Positions 28,971-37,140 of a DNA stretch of 64,000 bases are shown in pieces; the first letter of the stretch is position 1; every line of letters starts with the position of its first letter. The notes under the pieces are model-generated. The model was not told the origin of the DNA. It did not search any database and worked only from the letters and a program-made list of their open reading frames with translations. The DNA is taken from positions 3,712,001 through 3,776,000 of the forward strand of contig OY970192.1 in NCBI GenBank assembly GCA_963708135.1, read 5' to 3'. Source of the stretch: an uncultured Gemmatimonadales bacterium (GTDB lineage: Bacteria; Gemmatimonadota; Gemmatimonadetes; Longimicrobiales; RSA9). The translations under genes and the position numbers were made by a program.

Positions 28971-29383
28971 TCGGCACGGCGTCGCCTGCGGGAATGGCGG
29001 CGGCGCGCGCGACGGGCGCGGACGAGGTGCTCGACTGGACGGCGGCCGGATACGCGGCAGGGCTCGCGCCGGTGGACCTGGTGTTCGACACGGTGGGCGG
29101 CGCGGCGCTCGCGGAGTCGCCGGCGCTGGTGCGCGCGGGCGGGCGGGTGGTTTCGGTGGCGGAGGAACCGCCGGCGGGCGTGGACGCGTTCTACTTCGTC
29201 GTCGCGCCGAGCCGGGAGCAGCTGATCGAGATCGGTCGGCTGGGGGATGCGGGAGCGATCGAGCCGGCCGTCGATTCCGTGTTTTCACTGGGCCAGGCGC
29301 GGGCGGCGTTCGAGCGGGTCGAGCGTTCGGGGAAGCGCGGCAAGGTCGTGATCGAGGTGGCGGATGACGAGACAGGAGCGTAA
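28971..29383 (+). pseudogene. NADPH:quinone reductase / MDR-family oxidoreductase, 5'-truncated
   Basis: Only the C-terminal part remains (GTAS...GADEVLDW...VDLVFDTVGG...GKVVIEV); GroES-like domain and glycine-rich loop are missing. Confidence 0.78.
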
Positions 29384-30161
29384 GGCGGAGGCGTTTCGCG
29401 CCCTGCACGCGGGGGAGGCGTTCGTGATCCCCAACCCGTGGGACGCCGGCTCGGCGCGGGTGCTCGAGGCGCTCGGTTTCCGGGCGCTCGCGAGCACGAG
29501 CTCGGGCTTCGCATTCACGCTCGGGCGGCTGGACGGCGACGCCACGCTGGAGGAGGTCGCGGCGCACGCGACGGCGCTGGACGTTGCCACGGAGCTGCCC
29601 CTCTCGGTGGACCTGGAGAACGGCTACGGCGCCGCGCCCGAGGCCGCCGCGGCGGCGGTGACGCGCATCGCCCGGGCGGGCGCGGTGGGCGGCTCGATCG
29701 AGGACTGGGACCGCGACGAGGGCCGGCTCTACGACCTCGCCCACGCGCTGGAACGGGTCACCGCGGCCGCCGAGGCCGCGCGCCGGCTGCCGTTCCCATT
29801 CACGCTGACCGCCCGCGCCGAGAACCACATTCGCGGCAACCCGGACCTGGAGGACACGATCCGCCGGCTACAGGCCTTCGAGGCGGCCGGCGCGGATGTC
29901 CTCTACGCGCCGGGGCTCGGCACGCTGGAGGAGATCCGGACGGTCTGCGAGGCCGTCTCGAAGCCCGTGAACGTGCTGGCTCGCCCGCATCTCACGTTCG
30001 CGCAGCTGGCGGAGGCAGGCGCGCGGCGGGTCAGCGTCGGCGGCGCGCTGGCATGGGTGGCCGCGCGGGCCATGGCCGACGCGGCCACCGGGATCCGCGA
30101 GCGCGGGGATTTCTCCGCGCTGTCGGCGCGCATCCCGGTGGAGGAGTGGCTGGGCGACTGA
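29364..30161 (+). CDS. Isocitrate lyase/PEP mutase family protein
   Basis: PNPWDAGSA, ALASTSSG, SVDLENGY, GGSIED, LTARAEN, AGADVLYAPG, RVSVGG. Confidence 0.93.
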   Translation: MTRQERKAEAFRALHAGEAFVIPNPWDAGSARVLEALGFRALASTSSGFAFTLGRLDGDATLEEVAAHATALDVATELPLSVDLENGYGAAPEAAAAAVTRIARAGAVGGSIEDWDRDEGRLYDLAHALERVTAAAEAARRLPFPFTLTARAENHIRGNPDLEDTIRRLQAFEAAGADVLYAPGLGTLEEIRTVCEAVSKPVNVLARPHLTFAQLAEAGARRVSVGGALAWVAARAMADAATGIRERGDFSALSARIPVEEWLGD

Positions 30162-30393
30162 GACGAGCCGGGACGCTCGGGGCCCTGCCCCGGGCGCGAA
30201 GCCTCCGGTGGGGAGCCCCCGCATCTTGACGCCTGGACTCGGCGCGGGGCGGGCGGGGGTGACGGAGGCGACACCGCCCGCGGAGGCCGCGCGGCCGGCC
30301 GCGGCGCCGGCGGCGCCGGCGGGCGAAGCCTCGTCGCCTGATGGGGTGCCCTCGCCCGCCGCCGGCCCCGGTCCCGCGTGCGCCGCGAGGACG

Positions 30394-30420
30394 CCCGGGG
30401 TCCCCACTCTCCCACTCTCT
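30394..30420. repeat. Partial family-1 right end
   Basis: CCCGGGGTCCCCACTCTCCCACTCT resembles the right termini at 11677-11710 and 28180-28220. Confidence 0.5.
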
Positions 30421-30453
30421 CCGTCCAGGCTCCGCGCAGCCGGAGGACTCCCG

Positions 30454-32226
30454 TCAGCCGCCGGACACCCCCGCTCCGGCCTGACCCACCTCCGGCACGC
30501 TCTGCTCGAAGCGGGCGAACGCCTGCTCGAGAGCCCACTCGAGGCGCGCCTTCTCGCTGGTCCTGAGGACCGCTTCGCATGCCGGGCCGGGTGCGGAGGC
30601 GACGACGGCGCCGGGGGCCCCCGTCGCCTGACTTCCGGCACCGGGGGCCCCGGCGCACGCGGCGATCGGGCGGAACGCGCGGCGGTCCTTCCAGAGGCTC
30701 GCTCCCTCGACGAAGCCGTGCTCGAGGCTGCTGCGGGCCATGCGCTTGAGAGTCGGATAGTCCAGTCCCTGCTCCTCCACGGCGCGCAGGTACTCGTGGC
30801 TCATGTCGGAGCGGGACACGCCCTCGTCGTCGGTCGAGAGCGCGACGGGGACGCCGTACGCCAGATACGTGGCGAGCGGGTGCGCGGCGCCGGCGACCCC
30901 GAGGATCACGGCGTTGCTGGTCAGGTTGATCTCGACCAGCACGTCCTTCGCGGCCATCTCGCGGAGCAGCTCGAAGGGGTGGTCCTCCGAGAGGATGTCC
31001 ACGCCGTGGCCGATGCGGCGGGCGCCCGCCACCTCGACCGCCTGCCGGATGTGGAAGCGCAGGCCCTCGGGCGGCACCAGCCCGGGCGCGAGCTCGCCCG
31101 CGTGAAGCGAGACGTTCACCTCCGGATCGAGCCGGTGCAGCCAGCCGATCATGCGCATGTGCAGCGTGTAGTCGCGCATGGCAATCCGGTCGTCCTCCGG
31201 CTGCACGAGGTTCAGCCCGACCACGCGCGGGTCGGCCCTGGCCAGCTCGAAGCCGGTCAGGATCTGCGCGAATACGCGCTCCGGCGCCTGCGCGCGGAGC
31301 ACCTGATAGAGGTAGCGGATGGCGACGTCGCAGCCGGGATCCGGGGCCGCCGGCCCGCAGCCGAGGTCCTTCCGCTCCCGGGTCTCGGCGGCGTCCAGCG
31401 CCTGCCTTGCCGCCCCGACGGCCCTGCGAATGTCGGGCAGCAGCTTCTCCCGCAGCCTCGGGAGCGAGTCGTCCCACCCGGCCATGGCGCCGGCGCGCGC
31501 CGCTATTCCCTGGTCCGGCGTGAGCATGAGCTCGAGGTAGGCGACGTGGTCCTCCGCCGCCCGCGTCGCCGTCTCCGCGATCATGTCCCCGGTGTGTCCC
31601 GCGCCCGCGCGCCCGAAGCGGCCGAAGGTGTCGAAGAACTGGTCGTGGCCGTTCACCCGCGCCGGGCTCCAGTTGCGCATCGACCAGGCGTCGATCAGCC
31701 GGCCGTAGAGTCCCGCATCGCGCAGCGCCGCGGCCGCCGGAACCGTGTCCGCCGCCGGGTGGCAGGGCGGCGAGGTGGCGGTCAGCGCGGCGAGGGCGAT
31801 GCAGAGCGAGTCCTCCGCCGCCCAGCGCAGGAAGCTCTCCGCGTAGACCGCCCCCGAGAGGTGGTTGTGCAGGTCGCCGCCCTTGGGCATCTCGCGCAGA
31901 AAGGCGAGAGCAAGGCCGGGGCGGTCGCGGACCGATTCGAGGTAGCGCTCGGCGCGCACTTCGCCGGCGGTGGCGGCGGGGACACGGGCGGCGGCCGGAA
32001 GCGCGGGGGCCGCGCCGGCGGTCCCGGGGCGCGAACGGGCCGCGCCGGTGGCCGTGGGCTGCGAAGGCGCGGCGCCGGCCGCTGGCCCGCCCGGGCCGGC
32101 CGCGGCCCGGCCGGCCGACGCGCACCCCGACCCAAGGGCCAGAGCAAGAACGAGCGCGGCCGCACCGGCCCACCGGGATGTGCCCCGGGCAGCGCGCCGG
32201 TCGCCGGCGTGCGTGGTGCTCCCCAT
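30454..32226 (-). CDS. Adenosine deaminase family protein with lipoprotein-like signal
   Basis: MPKGGDLHNHLSG, SLHAGE, RIGHG, STDDEG motifs; N-terminal hydrophobic stretch ending LGSGC. Confidence 0.9.
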   Translation of the reverse strand: MGSTTHAGDRRAARGTSRWAGAAALVLALALGSGCASAGRAAAGPGGPAAGAAPSQPTATGAARSRPGTAGAAPALPAAARVPAATAGEVRAERYLESVRDRPGLALAFLREMPKGGDLHNHLSGAVYAESFLRWAAEDSLCIALAALTATSPPCHPAADTVPAAAALRDAGLYGRLIDAWSMRNWSPARVNGHDQFFDTFGRFGRAGAGHTGDMIAETATRAAEDHVAYLELMLTPDQGIAARAGAMAGWDDSLPRLREKLLPDIRRAVGAARQALDAAETRERKDLGCGPAAPDPGCDVAIRYLYQVLRAQAPERVFAQILTGFELARADPRVVGLNLVQPEDDRIAMRDYTLHMRMIGWLHRLDPEVNVSLHAGELAPGLVPPEGLRFHIRQAVEVAGARRIGHGVDILSEDHPFELLREMAAKDVLVEINLTSNAVILGVAGAAHPLATYLAYGVPVALSTDDEGVSRSDMSHEYLRAVEEQGLDYPTLKRMARSSLEHGFVEGASLWKDRRAFRPIAACAGAPGAGSQATGAPGAVVASAPGPACEAVLRTSEKARLEWALEQAFARFEQSVPEVGQAGAGVSGG

Positions 32227-32376
32227 CCTTTCTTTCGCGTCTCCAGTACGGCCTCGGGAAACTCGCCCGGAACGGGCGCGGCGATGCAGCGCGGTGGGCC
32301 GTAGCGAAGTGTGCTGTGCCACATGCGGAGGCGCAAGTGGAAGCGCGATCGGGTCCACCCCTCTGCCGCGCGGGGG

Positions 32377-32585
32377 CGACCGACGACTCACGACAGACTG
32401 CGGCGACGACCGACTACGGCACGACCGACTGCGGCAACGACCGACTGCGGCACGACCGACTGCGGCACAACCAACTGCGGCAGCTGCGGCACGACTGAAC
32501 CGCGGCACCACCGACCGGCCGGCACGACTGAACCACGGCACGACCGACCTGCGGCACGACCGACTGCGGCACGACCGACTGCGGT
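32377..32585. repeat. ~15-bp tandem array 1 (CGACCGACTGCGGCA, ~13 units)
   Basis: Read directly from the sequence; unit length varies. Confidence 0.92.
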
Positions 32586-32592
32586 CGAACTC

Positions 32593-32880
32593 GTGTTGCC
32601 GCTTCTAGCAGTGCCGCCTCAGCAGTTGCCGCCTCGAGTAGCGCCGCCTCGAGTAGTGCCGCACCAGGTAGTGCCGCCTCGAGTAGTTGCCGCCTCAAGC
32701 AGTGCCGCCTCGAGTAGTGCCCCTCCAGGTAGTGCCGCCTCGAGTAGTTGCCGCCTCAAGCAGTGCCGCCTCAGCAGTTGCCGCTTCAAGTCGTGCCGCC
32801 TCGAGTAGTGCCGCTCCAGGTAGTGCCGCCTCAAGCAGTTGCCGCCTCAAGTAGTTGCCTCCTCAAAGGAGTTGCCTCCT
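32593..32880. repeat. ~15-bp tandem array 2 (GTGCCGCCTCGAGTA, ~18 units), inverted relative to array 1
   Basis: Read directly; core GTGCCGC is the reverse complement of array-1 GCGGCAC. Confidence 0.92.
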
Positions 32881-32889
32881 CCCGCCGCT

Positions 32890-33783
32890 TCAGCCGCCTT
32901 CTTCCAGCTCCTCCATGCTCCTCGGCCAGTCCTCGCCCAGCAGCCGCGACAGCGCGCGGTCGGCCAGCCGGCGGCCCCCGGTCTGGCAGCGGGCGCAGTA
33001 GTTCGTCTCCGTGTCGGCGTACACGATTCGCTGGATCGGGGCGCCGCACTGGGGGCACGGCTCGCCGAAGCGGCCGTGCGCGGCCATGGCGGGGTGGAAG
33101 GCGGTGACCTTCTCGGGGAACGTGTCACCGGCCTCGGCAAGGAGCCGGTCCGTCCACTCGCGGAGATCGGCCCGTGTGGCCTCGTACAGCCGCCCGACCT
33201 CGCCCCCGGAGAGCTGGCGCGTCCTGCGCACCGGCGAGAGGCGGGCGCGCAGCAGGATCTCGTCGGAGTGCGCGTTGCCTATCCCGGCGATGAGGCGCTG
33301 GTCGGTGAGCGCGCGCTTGAGCGTGCGGTTCTCGCGCGCGAGGGCGGCGGCGAACTCCTCGAGCGAGGCCTCGAGCGGGTCGATGCCGCCGCGGTCCAGC
33401 GCCGCCACCGCGGCCTCGCCTCGGAGCACGTGCAGCGAGGCGCGCTTCTGCGTGCTCATCTCGGTGAGCAGCAGCGTGCCGGCTGGGAAGTCGAAGGCGG
33501 CGTGACCGCCCTTTCGCGGCACGGCGGCGCCCTTCTTCCGCCAGTGGAAGCGGCCGGTGAGCATGAGGTGGAACACGGCGAACAGGTCATCCCCGAAGCC
33601 CCAGACGATGCGCTTGGCGAGCCGTCGGACCTCCCGGACCACGCGCCCCTCGAGGGCCGACAGCGGGGGATCCCAGGTGCGCAGGAGTGAGGGCGAGGCA
33701 AGGCGGATGCGCTCGAGCGGCGCGCCGACGATGCGCTCCCGCAGCGCGTGGACGTAGAGCTCGACCTCGGGCAGCTCGGGCAT
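32890..33783 (-). CDS. Fpg/Nei family DNA glycosylase (MutM-like)
   Basis: N-terminal MPELPEVE, HLMLTG, H2TH LTDQRLIAGIGNAHSDEIL, zinc finger CPQC...CARCQ. Confidence 0.95.
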   Translation of the reverse strand: MPELPEVELYVHALRERIVGAPLERIRLASPSLLRTWDPPLSALEGRVVREVRRLAKRIVWGFGDDLFAVFHLMLTGRFHWRKKGAAVPRKGGHAAFDFPAGTLLLTEMSTQKRASLHVLRGEAAVAALDRGGIDPLEASLEEFAAALARENRTLKRALTDQRLIAGIGNAHSDEILLRARLSPVRRTRQLSGGEVGRLYEATRADLREWTDRLLAEAGDTFPEKVTAFHPAMAAHGRFGEPCPQCGAPIQRIVYADTETNYCARCQTGGRRLADRALSRLLGEDWPRSMEELEEGG

Positions 33784-33877
33784 CGGGGCCTTTCTGTTCC
33801 TGACTCTCAGACCGTCAGGTAGCGGTGAGACGGGCAAAGCTGGAGCCCGTCCACCCGGGCCGCGACACGGCCACCAT

Positions 33878-34060
33878 GGGGCGGACGTTTCTGCGCTTTC
33901 GCCGCGCCCGTTCGTGTCCTCTCGCAGTTTGAGCCGCCCAGCGGACCAAAATCCCCTTCCGTTCGGCCGCGCTAGCGCCGCGGGGGGACTTTGGTCCGCA
34001 TGGCGGCCATTTCTGCAAGGCGGCTCCGCGACTCTCGACGATATGGATGTTTGGTCCGGG
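33878..34060. repeat. Dispersed intergenic palindromic element family 2, copy B
   Basis: Colinear with 14178-14360. Confidence 0.85.
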
Positions 34061-34431
34061 TTCGGGCGCCGCTTGCCGACCATCAGCGCGCCGAGCGAGG
34101 TGTCCACGTCGCGCGGCGCCCGCCCTCCAGTCTGCGCCGCGCGGTCCTGCTCCGCCCCGTGTCCAGCTCCGCCAGGGTCCCGCATCCCGGCCGTGGACAT
34201 CGCGCGCGGCCGCCGCCGCGGGTCGGCGGCGGCGGCCAGTGCAAGATCGGTGCGCTCCACCGGCCGGCCGATGCGCGGCGCGGGGCCACCCGGCGCGCCG
34301 GGCACCCCTGCGCGCGGCCGCCGGGCGCACGCCGCATCGGCGCGGAGCCGGCCCCCGGTTGCCGCGCGGCCGCCGGGCCTCTACCGTACGCACCTACCGA
34401 ACAGATTCCCCTCGCGCTGGAGCGAGCCGAG

Positions 34432-36417
34432 ATGAGCACAACCCTCCGGGTCCGCTCGATGGTGGCGGCGGCGCTGGCGGCCGCCTCGTGGCTGGCGGCG
34501 GCGCCGGTCGCGGCGCAGAAGCCGTCGCCTGCGAAGACCCTGCCGAGCGAGACGCCGGCGCAGTTCACGCCCGTGGACTCGATCTTCGGCTACTCCCGCC
34601 GGGACGTCATGATCCCCATGCGCGATGGCGTGAAGCTGCACACGGTCATCCTCGTCCCGAAGGGAGCGAAGGATGCCCCGATCCTGCTCACGCGGACCCC
34701 GTACGACGCGAGCGCCCTGACCACGCACCTGGCCAGCACGCACCTGGGGCCGAGCCTGTACGGCTACGACAACGCCACGGACGTGATCGTGGACGGCGGC
34801 TACATCCGGGTGGTGCAGGACATCCGCGGCAAGTACGGCTCGGAGGGCGACTACGTGATGAACCGGCCGTTCATCGGGCCGCTGAACCCGACGAACGTGG
34901 ACGAGGCGACGGACACCTACGACACGATCGACTGGCTGATCAAGAACATCCCGGAGACGAACGGCAAGGTCGGGATCCTGGGCATCTCCTACGACGGCTA
35001 CCTCTCGCTCACGGCGCTGGTGCACCCGCATCCGGCGCTCAAGGTGGCGGTGCCGATGAACCCGATGGTGGACGGCTGGATGGGCGACGACTGGTTCCAC
35101 AACGGCGCGTTCCGCGAGCAGAACATGCCCTACATCTACGAGCAGGAGGCGTCGCGGACGAACGCCTACGCCTGGCCGAGCAGCCACTACGACGTCTACG
35201 ACACGTATTTGGACGCCGGCTCCGCGGGCGCGCTCGGGAAGCGGCGCGGGCTCGAGCAGGTCGGCTTCTGGCGGCAGATCCTGGCGCACCCGAGCTACGA
35301 CGCGTGGTGGAGGCAGCAGGCGATGGACAGCATCATCGCCGCGCAGCCGCTCACCGTGCCGACCATACTCGTCCACAGCCTCTGGGACCAGGAGGACATC
35401 TACGGCGCCATCGCCACGTACAAGGCGGTCGAGCCGAAGGACGCGGGCAACGACAAGCTGTTCCTCGTCATGGGGCCGTGGCACCACGGCGGCGAGATCG
35501 GCGACGGCTCCACCCTCGGCCCGCTCCAGTGGGGCAGCGACACCGGCCTCCACTTCCGCCAGCACATCCTGGCCCCGTTCCTCGCCCATTACCTGAAGGA
35601 CGGCGCGCCGCCCGATGACGTGGCGCCCGTGATGGCGTACCAGAGCGGCACCGACAAGTGGGAGCGGCTCCAGTCCTGGCCGTCCGGCTGCGCCGCCGGG
35701 TGCAAGCCGCAGGCGACGCCGCTCTATCTGCACGCCGGCGGCGAGGCCAGCTTCGCGGCTCCGCCGGCCGCCGCCAGGGCCGCGCCCGGCGACTCGGGCT
35801 TCGACGCGTACGTCTCCGACCCGTCGCACCCGGTGCCGTACTACACGCGCCCGAACCGCCCCGCGAGCGGCGACATCTGGCGCAACTGGCTGGTCACGGA
35901 CCAGCGGAACGCGGCCGCGCGGCCGGACGTGCTGACGTACGAGACGGACGTGCTGAAGGACCCGGTCCAGATCAGCGGGCAACCGGTGGTGAACCTCGTC
36001 GCCGCGACGACGGGCACGGACGCCGACTGGGTCGTGAAGGTGATCGACGTCTACCCGCCCGAGGTGGCGGACCAGCCGGAGATGGGCGGCTACCAGCTCA
36101 TGGTCTCCGCCGACATCTTCCGCGGCCGCTACCGCGAGAGCTATGGGGAGCCGAAGGCGATCACGCCGAACGTGCCGCTGCTCTACAAGTGGACGCTGCC
36201 CACGGCCAACCACGTCTTCCTGCCGGGCCACCGGATCATGGTGCAGATCCAGTCGAGCTGGTTCCCGCTCTACGACCGCAACCCGCAGACGTTCGTGCCG
36301 AACATCTTCTTTGCGAAGCCGGCGGACTACCGGGAGGCGACGATGCGGGTGTTCCACTCGCCGGGCAACGAGAGCTCTATCGCGCTGCCGGTGGTCCGCC
36401 GCGTGGAACGACGTTGA
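34432..36417 (+). CDS. CocE/NonD family hydrolase (alpha-amino acid ester hydrolase / glutaryl-7-ACA acylase-like)
   Basis: Signal peptide; IPMRDGVKL, LTRTPY, QDIRGKYGSEG, nucleophile GISYDG, GPWHHG, QSSWFPLYDRNPQ. Confidence 0.95.
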   Translation: MSTTLRVRSMVAAALAAASWLAAAPVAAQKPSPAKTLPSETPAQFTPVDSIFGYSRRDVMIPMRDGVKLHTVILVPKGAKDAPILLTRTPYDASALTTHLASTHLGPSLYGYDNATDVIVDGGYIRVVQDIRGKYGSEGDYVMNRPFIGPLNPTNVDEATDTYDTIDWLIKNIPETNGKVGILGISYDGYLSLTALVHPHPALKVAVPMNPMVDGWMGDDWFHNGAFREQNMPYIYEQEASRTNAYAWPSSHYDVYDTYLDAGSAGALGKRRGLEQVGFWRQILAHPSYDAWWRQQAMDSIIAAQPLTVPTILVHSLWDQEDIYGAIATYKAVEPKDAGNDKLFLVMGPWHHGGEIGDGSTLGPLQWGSDTGLHFRQHILAPFLAHYLKDGAPPDDVAPVMAYQSGTDKWERLQSWPSGCAAGCKPQATPLYLHAGGEASFAAPPAAARAAPGDSGFDAYVSDPSHPVPYYTRPNRPASGDIWRNWLVTDQRNAAARPDVLTYETDVLKDPVQISGQPVVNLVAATTGTDADWVVKVIDVYPPEVADQPEMGGYQLMVSADIFRGRYRESYGEPKAITPNVPLLYKWTLPTANHVFLPGHRIMVQIQSSWFPLYDRNPQTFVPNIFFAKPADYREATMRVFHSPGNESSIALPVVRRVERR

Positions 36418-36502
36418 CGGCGGGCGGCACGGTGGATCCTGGCCGTGCCTCGGGTGGTACGGTTATCTATCCCATGGGAAACGAACCGGTTCGGGAGGAG
36501 CC

Positions 36503-36943
36503 ATGAAGGTCCGCGACCTGCTGAAGGGGAAGGATGGAAGGGCCATCACCGTCGCGCCGCAGACGGAGGTGGCCACGGCTGTGGCGCTGCTCATGTACCA
36601 CAAGATCGGCGGCGTGCCCGTGGTCGCGGCAGGAGACGAGGTGGTCGGATTCCTGTCCGAGCGCGACATCGTCACCGCCATGCACAAGCACGGTGCGGAG
36701 GCGGGCAAGCTCCGCGTCGAGCAGGTCATGCGCTCGCCGGCGCCCATCTGCGGGCTGGATAACTCCCTGAACGAGGCGATGGCCCAGATGACGCGAGGCC
36801 GCTGGCGCCACCTGGTCGTGCTCGACGGCAAGACGATCGCCGGCATCCTCTCGCTCGGCGACATCGTGAAGCAGCGCCTGGAAGCCGCGGAGCTCGAGGC
36901 CGGCGTGCTGCGCGACTACGTCGCCGCACAGCGAGCGCGCTGA
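36503..36943 (+). CDS. CBS domain-containing protein
   Basis: GGAGG RBS; tandem CBS domains (IGGVPVV..GFLSERDI; RHLVVLD..GILSLGDIVK). Confidence 0.92.
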   Translation: MKVRDLLKGKDGRAITVAPQTEVATAVALLMYHKIGGVPVVAAGDEVVGFLSERDIVTAMHKHGAEAGKLRVEQVMRSPAPICGLDNSLNEAMAQMTRGRWRHLVVLDGKTIAGILSLGDIVKQRLEAAELEAGVLRDYVAAQRAR

Positions 36944-37140
36944 GCCAGCCCCATCCCGCGGGCGGGACGCGACTGCCCGGATCCGGGCGTCGCCGGGGAC
37001 CAACGACACCCGGATGGACATGGCGTAACCGCTGCGGCCGCAGGAGCTTGGGTCTGCCGCCCCGTGCCGCCCGCGTAGGGCGCGAAGCTTGATAGAGGGC
37101 TCCCGGGCACGCACCCTTCTCCATGCGCGGAGCGCCCGCC

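Noticed and set aside
32178..33107. Repeat-peptide ORFs across the 15-bp arrays
   Set aside because: Variable unit lengths shift frame repeatedly; no RBS or consistent frame.
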